Source: a virus
Taxonomy: Duplodnaviria > Caudoviricetes
Strand: one strand, 5' to 3'
DNA length: 64,000 nt
Virus record (IMG/VR): IMGVR_UViG_3300032167_000006
Positions 51,457 to 61,099 of this stretch are shown piece by piece. A program made the translations under genes and the position numbers. Positions within the stretch are counted from its first letter, which is position 1. The number at the start of each line of letters is the position of its first letter. The notes under the pieces are model-generated. The model worked only from the letters and a program-made list of their open reading frames with translations. It made no database searches and was not told the DNA's origin.

Positions 51457-52021
51457 AAGGAGGTATTATGATATGAATTATCATAGTATATTTCATGATG
51501 ATATGAAAAATGGTACAGGTTTAAGAGTTGTACTATTTGTAAGTGGCTGTAGCCATAATTGTAGAGGGTGTCAAAATCCAGACACGCATGATTTTAAATC
51601 AGGAGAATTATTTGATAAGTCCGCAATGGACAGAATCAGAAAATACCTTGATCGTGATTATATAGACGGTATCACATTAACAGGTGGAGATCCTTTACAT
51701 CCTGCAAATTTAGAGGAAATTGATGAACTTATTCATATGATAAGAGAAGAATTTCCTGATAAGACAATCTGGTTATATACTGGATATACTATAGAAGAAA
51801 TTATGGAAAGAGAAAGTCTTTCTAAAATTGTTTCTGAAGTGGATGTTTTAGTTGATGGAAGATTTGATATAGAGTTACTTGATGCAAATTATCCATGGGC
51901 TGGAAGTACAAATCAGAGAGTAATTGATATAAAAGAAACTCTTAAAACATATCCTGAAATTGTCTTATTTAAAGAAGATGATGTAGAATCTAAAACTAAT
52001 AAAATATTATTTGGCGAATAA
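51395..52021 (+). CDS. nrdG: Anaerobic RNR activase (radical SAM)
   Basis: NGTGLRV, CSHNCRGC, GGDP, GSTNQR; probable start 51473. Confidence 0.95.
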   Translation: MENQDIIKLNSLKSRKELACKRRYYDMNYHSIFHDDMKNGTGLRVVLFVSGCSHNCRGCQNPDTHDFKSGELFDKSAMDRIRKYLDRDYIDGITLTGGDPLHPANLEEIDELIHMIREEFPDKTIWLYTGYTIEEIMERESLSKIVSEVDVLVDGRFDIELLDANYPWAGSTNQRVIDIKETLKTYPEIVLFKEDDVESKTNKILFGE

Positions 52022-52124
52022 TAAATAGAGGGTGGAGTGATCCACCCTCTAGCACTTATTTTATTTTTTAATTGTATAATATAAATATGTAGAAATACAA
52101 TATTTATAAAAAGGAGTAAATAAA

Positions 52125-52613
52125 ATGAAAGAAATTAATATTAAAACTGATGGTAAAATTATTATGGCTTTTACTGATCCGGTAGATGGAGATGAAAATC
52201 CTTATAAATATTTTACCGATAATTTCACAGGTGAAGGAGTTCATGCATATCATATTTTTAACACTCCAAAAGAATTTGTAACTAAATGGTTAGAAATTTA
52301 TAATAAACCTAATGGAATGTGGTATTGGGTTTTAGATGGAGATAAATGTATTTGTTCTGGAGCATGTGATCCTGATGATATACATATATTTAGAACACAT
52401 TGGAATTTAATTATAAATTATAAAGTTAAATTATATGAAGGCAAAGATGAAATGATGCCATATGAAATAAATGTAACAGACGTATACAGCGAAGAAGATG
52501 CAAAACAAAAAGCAAAAGAAATTATTGCAGATATTGGTTATTTTGGTGCAATGACAAAGGAAGAAATAATAAAAAGACTTACTGTTAAAAATGTTACAGT
52601 AGGTGTTGTATAA
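52125..52613 (+). CDS. Hypothetical protein
   Basis: 162 aa, RBS, TATAATAT motif upstream. Confidence 0.75.
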   Translation: MKEINIKTDGKIIMAFTDPVDGDENPYKYFTDNFTGEGVHAYHIFNTPKEFVTKWLEIYNKPNGMWYWVLDGDKCICSGACDPDDIHIFRTHWNLIINYKVKLYEGKDEMMPYEINVTDVYSEEDAKQKAKEIIADIGYFGAMTKEEIIKRLTVKNVTVGVV

Positions 52614-52748
52614 AATAACTTAAATAGAGGGGAATCATACCCCTCTATTATTTTTTGATCAAAATTCATAATAATAATATATTATAAATAGGAATAATTA
52701 GAAATAATTTATTCAAATACAATTAAGTAAACTAATGAAAGGAGTTAT

Positions 52749-54287
52749 GTGTCTATGTATAATCAAAATAAAACGGATTCTGGTGGTCCTAATATACGAC
52801 TGCAGTATCCATATAATGACAAATTTGATTACGAAACATGTTTAGAGAGATTAGATCTTGATAAACAAAGGGAGCAAAATATTAGAACAGGCAGAGGTTT
52901 TATTATTTCGGCTCCTAAAGGTATTAAAAAGGATATCAAGAATCAAGACGGTATATTTTCTAGTCGTTATGGTTCAAATTCAATATCCGATGTAGACTCA
53001 TTTAATGGACGTTATCGTTGTAGGTGCGGTATGAAGAGAGGCTCAATCAACCACGGTGAGCTTTGTGATGCTTGTAATACACGAGTACGTTTTGTGGATG
53101 ACGATGTATCTATTAAAGGATACCTTGTATTAAAAGATAAATATTGGATTATTCATCCTAATATATATCGTTCTCTTGAAGGTTTTATTGGACCTGCAAG
53201 GCTTAATAGAATTATAGAACCTGAAGTTACTGTAGATTCTAATGGTGCTGTTGTAGAAAATACAATAGTAAAGAAAAAAGATGAACCATTTAGAGGTATA
53301 GGTTTAATAGAATTTCATGATAGATTTGATGAAATTATGGATTTCTATCTTACAAGATTTCCTAATAAAAAGCATTTCTATGATGACATAATGAGACACA
53401 AGGATATTGCATTTACCCATACAATCAGTGTGTATTCATCATTGTTAAGACCTTCTCGTTTGGATAATGGTTCTCTTAGATATGAAGCATGTAATGAGCA
53501 GTTTAATATGCTTGCTACATTGGTATATCAAGTTAATAACGATAAGCTTCATATAAATAGAAAAATAAAAGAAAAATATCAGCTTTTATATGATATTCAG
53601 TATCAATTAAATACTGTATACAACGAGCTAAAAGAGATCTTAGCCAAGAAGAAAGGTGACTTAAGAAGCTCTATTGGTGGTAGATATTCATTTAGTTCAA
53701 GATCGGTAATAAGACAAGATCCTTATCTTATGGCGGATCAAATTAAATTACCTTTCCATGGATTATGTGAATTATTACAACAGGTAATAATTAATATCTT
53801 GGTTAAAACTTATAACTTTAGCTATGCTGAAGCTTATAAGAAATGGTATAAAGCTCAGGTTACTGGAAATGATCAGGTTGTCTATGATATCATAGATGGT
53901 TTAATTAAAGATAATCCTGATGGTGGATTACCATTCATTATAAATAGAAATCCTACTATTAACTATGGTGGTATATTAGCTGTAAGATGTATTGGTATTA
54001 ATATGGATTATACTATGAGTATTTCGTTATTGGTACTAAAGAGCCTTGCAGCTGACTTTGATGGTGATACACTTAACATCTTATTCTTATTGAATAAAGA
54101 GTTTATCCAAATGGCAGAGAATATTTTATCACCAAGACAAATGTTTATCAGTAGAAATGACGGAATGTGTAATGGAGATTTCATTCATTCACGTGACGTT
54201 ATAATTAATGCTAACTCTATGAAAAATCTCTATCAGTATAAACCTGATGAGATTGCTAAGATTAAAGCATTACAAGCAATGGATTAA
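52749..54287 (+). CDS. RNAP beta' N-terminal part with catalytic site (probably non-virion RNAP)
   Basis: CRCG..CDAC Zn finger, KKG.LR..GGR..S.R.VI, NRNPT, AADFDGD. Confidence 0.93.
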   Translation: MSMYNQNKTDSGGPNIRLQYPYNDKFDYETCLERLDLDKQREQNIRTGRGFIISAPKGIKKDIKNQDGIFSSRYGSNSISDVDSFNGRYRCRCGMKRGSINHGELCDACNTRVRFVDDDVSIKGYLVLKDKYWIIHPNIYRSLEGFIGPARLNRIIEPEVTVDSNGAVVENTIVKKKDEPFRGIGLIEFHDRFDEIMDFYLTRFPNKKHFYDDIMRHKDIAFTHTISVYSSLLRPSRLDNGSLRYEACNEQFNMLATLVYQVNNDKLHINRKIKEKYQLLYDIQYQLNTVYNELKEILAKKKGDLRSSIGGRYSFSSRSVIRQDPYLMADQIKLPFHGLCELLQQVIINILVKTYNFSYAEAYKKWYKAQVTGNDQVVYDIIDGLIKDNPDGGLPFIINRNPTINYGGILAVRCIGINMDYTMSISLLVLKSLAADFDGDTLNILFLLNKEFIQMAENILSPRQMFISRNDGMCNGDFIHSRDVIINANSMKNLYQYKPDEIAKIKALQAMD

Positions 54288-54343
54288 TTATATAGGGTTA
54301 GTTTATCTAACCCTATAAATTTTATATTAAGGAGAACAAAAAT

Positions 54344-55105
54344 ATGAAAAAGAATAAGAAATTAAGCAATGCTGAATTAGATCAACTTATTGAAAATGTA
54401 GTAGACAAACTTGAAAAACAAGATGTTATTTATAAAGATGAAAATGATGTTATTCATCTTGTAGATAAAGATGGTATAAAATATACCAAGATTGATACTG
54501 GCGTAAAACAGGCAAATTCTGTTGGAGAATTTATTAAAATTTTAGAACAGCTTCCGCAAGATGCTGAGTTTGAATTGAATGGCATAGCTAAAGTAAAAAC
54601 ATCTGAAATGGGTTATCCTGAGGGAGATCTAACAATCACACCTATGTATAATGAAGATCTTCCAGAAATTCCTTTTGAAGATTGTGAAGAATGCTGTGGC
54701 GAATGCAAATGTGATGAAGCTGGTGATATAGATCAGTGTGAGAAAGAGTTTGCTGAATATTCAATGAAAAAATATCTCTATGGAGTAAATGAAACTGCGC
54801 CTGAGATTATTCATGGTATGAGACATAGTCCTGTAGATCAAATTATTTATCAAACAAAAGTATGTCATCCTAATGCACTTCAGCTTGATTATGAAGCAAC
54901 AATGCTTGGCAATAATCAGTGTGCTATAATTGATGAAATGAGACATCATAACGCATATGTTGCCGAATGTATTGCTGAGATGACTCGTAGACAAGTATCA
55001 GCACTTCTTGAATATAATACTCAGGCAATGGCTAACTTTGCTGTGGCTACAAAGAAAGATATGTGTGTTATTGTAGATAAAGATACTGACGATTTTGAGG
55101 ATTAA
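54344..55105 (+). CDS. Hypothetical protein with acidic Cys cluster
   Basis: DCEECCGECKCDE; C-terminal KKDMCVIV. Confidence 0.78.
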   Translation: MKKNKKLSNAELDQLIENVVDKLEKQDVIYKDENDVIHLVDKDGIKYTKIDTGVKQANSVGEFIKILEQLPQDAEFELNGIAKVKTSEMGYPEGDLTITPMYNEDLPEIPFEDCEECCGECKCDEAGDIDQCEKEFAEYSMKKYLYGVNETAPEIIHGMRHSPVDQIIYQTKVCHPNALQLDYEATMLGNNQCAIIDEMRHHNAYVAECIAEMTRRQVSALLEYNTQAMANFAVATKKDMCVIVDKDTDDFED

Positions 55106-55358
55106 TAAAATGAATTGTAATTTTCAAATTGGAGATATTGTTGAAGTAGCAGATAAAGTTGATACTGATATAACTACAATCGCAACAATTAAAATTATAG
55201 AACCAGATGCAGATTTACCAAATGTATTTTGGTTATATCTTTTAGCAAATGAGGAAGTTCTTAATACTAATATGCATCCTGTTGTTGGATACTATTGGGA
55301 TATAATTGCTAGCGATAGTGAATATATTAGACTTCTTAGCAGAGCTACAATATCATAA
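55095..55358 (+). CDS. Hypothetical protein
   Basis: 87-aa ORF. Confidence 0.65.
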   Translation: MRINKMNCNFQIGDIVEVADKVDTDITTIATIKIIEPDADLPNVFWLYLLANEEVLNTNMHPVVGYYWDIIASDSEYIRLLSRATIS

Positions 55359-55457
55359 ATATTTAAATCTATTTATTAGAGGGAGGATTAACCTCCCTCT
55401 TTTATTTTTTATTAAATTATATAATAAATGTATATTATATAAATATAATAAAAGGAG

Positions 55458-56135
55458 GTGAAAATATTTATGAGTAACGTATTAGAAATTTGTACAGATG
55501 CAAGTATACGCACATTTCCTAATGGTAGAACATTTGGATGTGCTGGAGCTTTATGCATCACTACAATGGAACAAGATTATTTAGTATCGCAAGATACAAC
55601 CAATAATAGATCTGAGCTCTTAGGAGTATATTTAGGTCTTAAATTGGGAAAACGTATTATGGATGAAAATCCTAATTACAAAAGTATGATTATTTATTCA
55701 GACAGTCAGTTTGCAATATTTGGATTGACAAAATGGATGGCTGGATGGATGAAATCAAAAGATACTAACGGAATAATTTATGGTTCTAATGGTAAACCTG
55801 TAAAGAACCAAGAGTTATTTATGTGTATCTTATCATTTATTACATCTAATCAAATTAAAGTTACATTTAGACATTGTTCTGGCCACGTTAGATACACCAG
55901 TACTAAGATGCTCAGACAAGCAAACGATGTTTATTATAGGTCTAATGGAGAATATCTACGTCCAGAAGATATTTTTAAATTAGCATATTATAATGACATT
56001 GTAGATACTACAACTAGAGAATATTTACAAACTATCAATCCTGATATATATCCAAAAATGGATTATTCAAATAATTATCAGATGATGGCAAAATATGTAG
56101 TTCCAAATAATTATACGAACTTTATAGGAGATTAA
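55458..56135 (+). CDS. rnhA: Ribonuclease HI
   Basis: TDAS, TNNRSEL, YSDSQ, W..GW, VKNQEL, GH, ND.VD. Confidence 0.9.
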   Translation: MKIFMSNVLEICTDASIRTFPNGRTFGCAGALCITTMEQDYLVSQDTTNNRSELLGVYLGLKLGKRIMDENPNYKSMIIYSDSQFAIFGLTKWMAGWMKSKDTNGIIYGSNGKPVKNQELFMCILSFITSNQIKVTFRHCSGHVRYTSTKMLRQANDVYYRSNGEYLRPEDIFKLAYYNDIVDTTTREYLQTINPDIYPKMDYSNNYQMMAKYVVPNNYTNFIGD

Positions 56136-57164
56136 ATGATGTATGAGAATATGCAAGGGATGATTCAAAATGGTGGATTTGGAACTTCTGGTCCAATGAA
56201 CTTTCAAGGATTTAACCCCTATCAAAACAATATGATACCATTTGGAAACTATAATCAACCATCGGTACAACAGCCGTATCAGTATTATAATAATCCATAT
56301 GGAAATCAACAACCACAAAATAATGGACTGGTATTTCAACCAGTCGGAGGTTATCAACAACCAAAAAATAATTACAATTATTATAATCCTTATGGAAATA
56401 CATTTACTCCAACACCATACGGTTATAATTCATATGGTAATGCTTATAGCTATAATTATTATAATGGATATAGACCATATGCATCACCTGTTGCAATGCA
56501 ACAATATCAAAATCAACAAATAGAATTGTTTAAAATGAAATATCGTTTAGCAAATCATTATGTTGGAAATGAGATTAATGAAGATTATCTTGATAAATTA
56601 TGTAACCCTAATAATCAAATATATCAGAAATCTCAAGAACAAATAGCTGCAGAAGAAGAGCATAGATTTATGCAATATGTTTCTAATGTAGCATGTGGAA
56701 TAATACAAGTTCCAAAATCTAATATACAACGTGAAGCAGATATGTTGAATCTAATGTCTTATAATTTACATCAAGCATTAGATAATCATTCATTATGTGA
56801 ATTTTTAGAAGATGATCTTTGGAAGTTACAAAGAGAATTTTGGATTAGGGATAATCTTAAATTAAATGGTAATAGAGATCTTTCAACCACATATAATAGT
56901 AGTGATTATAATGAACTATTAAGGCTACACAATAGCTCTACAAGTCCATATGTAAGCGATTTACTTAATAATTCAAGATATGATAATAATCTTGACGATA
57001 TAGAAATCGGTATGAAAATGGCATTTGATAGAGAACGAAGAAGGAAAGCAATATTAGAAGGTAAAGTTCCTGATTTCATTTCGTCGGACGAAACACAAAA
57101 ACGTCGACATGAATGGACGCAGCAACTAATGAATCAAATTTATAGAAAAGGAGGAGGCGTATAA
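56136..57164 (+). CDS. Protein with N/Y/Q/G/P prion-like N-terminus
   Basis: About 130 nearly charge-free aa with repeated NPYG; charged helical C-terminus. Confidence 0.8.
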   Translation: MMYENMQGMIQNGGFGTSGPMNFQGFNPYQNNMIPFGNYNQPSVQQPYQYYNNPYGNQQPQNNGLVFQPVGGYQQPKNNYNYYNPYGNTFTPTPYGYNSYGNAYSYNYYNGYRPYASPVAMQQYQNQQIELFKMKYRLANHYVGNEINEDYLDKLCNPNNQIYQKSQEQIAAEEEHRFMQYVSNVACGIIQVPKSNIQREADMLNLMSYNLHQALDNHSLCEFLEDDLWKLQREFWIRDNLKLNGNRDLSTTYNSSDYNELLRLHNSSTSPYVSDLLNNSRYDNNLDDIEIGMKMAFDRERRRKAILEGKVPDFISSDETQKRRHEWTQQLMNQIYRKGGGV

Positions 57165-58924
57165 TGTCTAGGGTATCTTTAATTGAACAACTCTATGCTC
57201 CTAAGAAGAAAAGTGCCCTGGAATTTGATTATGATAAATTATGGGCACCACCCATAAGATTCTTTTTATCGCAGCAGGATATTAATGAATTATATAAAAT
57301 TGCTACTTCATTAAAATATAATGATAATATTGAAAAGAAGTACGAACTCATAGATGCAGTCATGAGGCCTCGTGGATTTAAACGTGGTAATTGCGGCACT
57401 AATAGAGTAGTTTATAATTTCTTAGAAGACACATCATTTTGTATGAAGATTGCACTTGATCGTGTAGGTATTAAAGATTCTCCAAGAGAATTTAAAAATC
57501 AAGAATTCTTTAAACCGTTTTGTTGCAAGATATTTGAAGTGGATCCAACTGGAGTTATAGCATGTGTAGAGCGTGTTAATCCAATATCCTCATTAGAGGA
57601 ATTTATATCTGTTGCAGATGATATATTTAATATGATGGTAACTAAAATCATTGGAAAATATGTTGTAGATGATTTAGGTACTGAAAAGTTTATGAATTAC
57701 GGAACTCGTTATAATGCTAATGGTACAGCATTTGGTCCCGTAGTTTTAGATTATCCGTATGCTTATGAATTAGACGGAGCTAAACTCCATTGTGCAAAGC
57801 CTGTTCTGATTGGAGATAAAGAATTTGCTTGTAATGGAGAAATTGATTATGATGCTGGCTTAAACAATCTAGTATGCAGTAAATGTGGACGAACTTATAG
57901 CGCTAGAGAGCTAGCAAGAGATGATTCAAATGTACTAAAATTCTATTCAGATGAAGATCGTGGTAGACTTAGGGCAAGAATCGTGAGAGAAGATGGAACG
58001 ATTATAAAAGATAGTGGTCGTTCATCAAAAACATACATTACTAAAGAAGAATATGAGGAGGGCATTAGAATGTTCGAATTAAAAGACTTAGGTCCACGTC
58101 CGGTAGAAAAAACAATTAAAAATAAATATGTCCCGATGAAGAAACTTAGGGAACAATATCATTCAGAACTTCAACTTAAAGCTTATGAGGAAATGCAAAA
58201 AAGAAATGCAGAACCTTTTAATCCTGCAATGAAATCTGAATTTAGTCCTAGACCAGCAAAAAGAGCTGGTAAAAATGAATCTAAAGATAATACAATCATT
58301 GCAGATCCTATAGTAGCAACTGAAGAAAGAATTCAAAATGTTACAATAGCAGCAAGAGCAGAAGATGCTATCAATGAACAGGAATCTGAAATTGTAAAAG
58401 AAACAACTTTTGAAGAGGCTTTAGCTGAAGCTTTAGAAGCAGAACCTGATACGGTCGATGAAGATATGCCTTTAGAAGAAGCTATAAATAAAGCTTTAGA
58501 GGAAGCTGAAGACGATGATTCTGAAGATGAAGAGGGTACTGAGTATTATGAAGAGAATGATACTGTTGAAAATTCTGATGAGGAATCAGAAGAAGAGGAA
58601 GATGAAGAAACTGTTTCAGAAGATGAAGAATTTGAATCAAATAATTCAGATGAACAGAAAGGATTTGATGAAGAAATGGAAGCAGAAGTATTTCCTGAAA
58701 TGAATAATGATAATATTATAGTTGGAGTAGACTTATCTAATGATGAGGAAGATTATTCTAATTATATTCCGCCTGAAGAAGAAGATGAAGAAGACTTTGA
58801 GGATGATGAAGACGATGAGTATTCTGAACTGTATGCATTTGATCGTAAAGCACAAAAACGCGACAATAAAAAACAGCAGAATAAATCCAAAAAGTTTAAT
58901 AGTGGAGATATGAGCGATTATTAA
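57164..58924 (+). CDS. Atypical protein kinase-like protein with Zn ribbon and acidic tail
   Basis: GNCGTNRVVY loop, MKIA Lys, REF Glu, DDLG..MNYG catalytic loop, LDY (DFG-like), CSKC, long D/E tail. Confidence 0.7.
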   Translation: MSRVSLIEQLYAPKKKSALEFDYDKLWAPPIRFFLSQQDINELYKIATSLKYNDNIEKKYELIDAVMRPRGFKRGNCGTNRVVYNFLEDTSFCMKIALDRVGIKDSPREFKNQEFFKPFCCKIFEVDPTGVIACVERVNPISSLEEFISVADDIFNMMVTKIIGKYVVDDLGTEKFMNYGTRYNANGTAFGPVVLDYPYAYELDGAKLHCAKPVLIGDKEFACNGEIDYDAGLNNLVCSKCGRTYSARELARDDSNVLKFYSDEDRGRLRARIVREDGTIIKDSGRSSKTYITKEEYEEGIRMFELKDLGPRPVEKTIKNKYVPMKKLREQYHSELQLKAYEEMQKRNAEPFNPAMKSEFSPRPAKRAGKNESKDNTIIADPIVATEERIQNVTIAARAEDAINEQESEIVKETTFEEALAEALEAEPDTVDEDMPLEEAINKALEEAEDDDSEDEEGTEYYEENDTVENSDEESEEEEDEETVSEDEEFESNNSDEQKGFDEEMEAEVFPEMNNDNIIVGVDLSNDEEDYSNYIPPEEEDEEDFEDDEDDEYSELYAFDRKAQKRDNKKQQNKSKKFNSGDMSDY

Positions 58925-58947
58925 TTATTTATTGGAGGTGAATAGAT

Positions 58948-59595
58948 ATGTTTAATAATCATGCAATGTCTGTAGTTACAGACTTACGAATGTTAGGGCC
59001 TGAAATAAATAATAAAGATTTTATAGCTATTGCAGCGATTACAACAAATGATTATCCTAAATTGCCTAATATATATAATGCAAGCATATTAATTCCACCT
59101 ACTGAAATTCTTATGCGTTGGGCAGATGGAGATCCGTATGTACTTCAAGCAAACTATCCTAATTATCTTAGAACTCAGACTCCTGATGATATGATAGTAG
59201 CATTAATTGCTCTTCTTACTCAAAAGAATGTGATATTATACATACCTGGAGATGAGTTTAATATATTTGGTCAAATGTTATTAGATCATATATATTTCAA
59301 TTATGGTATTATATGTAATACCCCAACAACGCAATTTGCAATGGATCAAGCAAAGATACCATTTTTACTTTCTAGATTCTATATGATTGATGCTATGAAT
59401 CCAGAAGATTATCTTTCAGCATATCCAGCAAATGCATTATTACCAGAGTTTGTTATAAATAAGCTTGCTGAAGAAATGAAACCGTTCCAACAACCTGTAT
59501 CATTCCAACAGTATGCAGAATATTTTAACAAACTAAATGCTGCCAAAGGAACAACCATTGCCCATCCAGAGATGGTTAAGGTGGTGGAAAAATGA
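58948..59595 (+). CDS. Hypothetical protein, possible degenerate DUF488-like fold
   Basis: LIPP.EIL..Y..YL..NVILY pattern; ends EMVKVVEK. Confidence 0.7.
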   Translation: MFNNHAMSVVTDLRMLGPEINNKDFIAIAAITTNDYPKLPNIYNASILIPPTEILMRWADGDPYVLQANYPNYLRTQTPDDMIVALIALLTQKNVILYIPGDEFNIFGQMLLDHIYFNYGIICNTPTTQFAMDQAKIPFLLSRFYMIDAMNPEDYLSAYPANALLPEFVINKLAEEMKPFQQPVSFQQYAEYFNKLNAAKGTTIAHPEMVKVVEK

Positions 59596-60119
59596 TAGCA
59601 TTTATGGATGATCCTAAGTATGCAGAATTAATCCGCTATAAATTTCCAGGAAGAGAGCCAGTTATATTAAATCTCTCTTCTTATTATAGCGGTCATATAA
59701 ATATTGCTCATTTGATTACAAAGATCTCACCAATTAATAATACAGGTATGATGATGCCCGATTTTGTTAATTCTGTGGATTTTGATATTCAATATGCTTC
59801 GGCTGTATTAAATAATCCAGAGTTATTTGGATCTTTAATTAATATCATGCTTAGAGCTTATGAAGGATATTTAGTATGTATTCTGGTGCAAAGGGATCCA
59901 TATAGAGATGCCGTTATGGAATCTTTAATTAAATTAATCCAGCAAAGATACGGATATAATTGTTGGATTATTGAAGATGCTGATGATATTGAAGTGATAT
60001 CCGAACAAATGATGTTCCCTAACGGGCTTATTACGTTAGATGAGGATATTAAACAATACAATCAGATGTATTCTAAAGGTTTGGTAGGCAGTATACTGCC
60101 AAATATAAATCTTGAATAA
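59592..60119 (+). CDS. Hypothetical protein, possible paralog of upstream gene
   Basis: ISP..F..QY...VCILV...YG pattern. Confidence 0.7.
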   Translation: MIAFMDDPKYAELIRYKFPGREPVILNLSSYYSGHINIAHLITKISPINNTGMMMPDFVNSVDFDIQYASAVLNNPELFGSLINIMLRAYEGYLVCILVQRDPYRDAVMESLIKLIQQRYGYNCWIIEDADDIEVISEQMMFPNGLITLDEDIKQYNQMYSKGLVGSILPNINLE

Positions 60120-60161
60120 TTTTATAGGAGAGCCATAATAGGCTCTCCTAAATTATATTTT

Positions 60162-60818
60162 TTGGAGGTTAATATGAAAAGAATATTATCTAATATAGAT
60201 GATAATAGGGATTGTAATAAATCTATGAATGAAATTATATATAGTGAAAATAATTATGCAGATTCAAAAGATATTAAAGTAAAAGAAGAATCTATAGAGA
60301 TTAATTGTCCCATTAAGGTCGATGAGCAAATACTTAATATAGATTTATCAGTTCTTAATAATGAAGAAAAGATTCAATTTTATAATTTATTAAAGAAAAT
60401 TCAACAACCTAAAGCATGGAAACCTAAAGCAGGTGAAAATTATTTTTATATTAATCAGCATGCTGAAGTTATGAATGGTAATTGGAGCAATGAATCTGTA
60501 GATATAGGTAGATATTCTATAGGTAATTGTTTTAAAACAGGAGAAGAAATTAAATTTACTATAGAAAAACTTAAAGTTGAGGCTGAAATAAGAAGATACA
60601 TTGAAGCTAATGATACTGAAAAAATAGATTGGAATAATAGCAAACAGCATAAATGCTATTTAATTTATTTGCATATACACAATATGATTAGTGTAAAATA
60701 TGCTAATACTACTATGATTCAAGGACCAATATATTTTTCTAAAAATATTAATGTTGATGATATGATTAAAACTATTGGTGCTGATAGAATTAAAAAATAT
60801 CTTTTTGGAGTTGAATAA
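60162..60818 (+). CDS. Hypothetical phage protein
   Basis: WKPK.GE.YFYI...GNCFKT motif; probable start 60174. Confidence 0.75.
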   Translation: MEVNMKRILSNIDDNRDCNKSMNEIIYSENNYADSKDIKVKEESIEINCPIKVDEQILNIDLSVLNNEEKIQFYNLLKKIQQPKAWKPKAGENYFYINQHAEVMNGNWSNESVDIGRYSIGNCFKTGEEIKFTIEKLKVEAEIRRYIEANDTEKIDWNNSKQHKCYLIYLHIHNMISVKYANTTMIQGPIYFSKNINVDDMIKTIGADRIKKYLFGVE

Positions 60819-60820
60819 TT

Positions 60821-61099
60821 ATGGATAAATATACAAGTGCGATAAAAGAAAGAATAAAATTTATTCTTGAAGAAGATCCTGAAGTTAAACAAGTTTATGA
60901 TAATAATGAAGGATGTTTTAAGAATATTATTATTCCAAGTATAATGGATTCTGATAATGAAATCCATACAATGATTAGCATTCTTGCAGCTCAGGCAGTT
61001 ATGTATGATAGGCTTTTAAATAATATTGCTCAATATGGCGATAAAGAACTTATCAAGAAATGTAATGAGGATATACATAACGTATTTGCTCAAGAATAA
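60821..61099 (+). CDS. Hypothetical protein
   Basis: 92-aa ORF. Confidence 0.7.
   Translation: MDKYTSAIKERIKFILEEDPEVKQVYDNNEGCFKNIIIPSIMDSDNEIHTMISILAAQAVMYDRLLNNIAQYGDKELIKKCNEDIHNVFAQE

Noticed and set aside
52125-58924. Chimallin gene next to the RNAP beta' N-terminal gene
   Set aside because: Neighbours are 162 and 253 aa, and the 586-aa ORF looks like a kinase; chimallin elsewhere in the genome is not excluded
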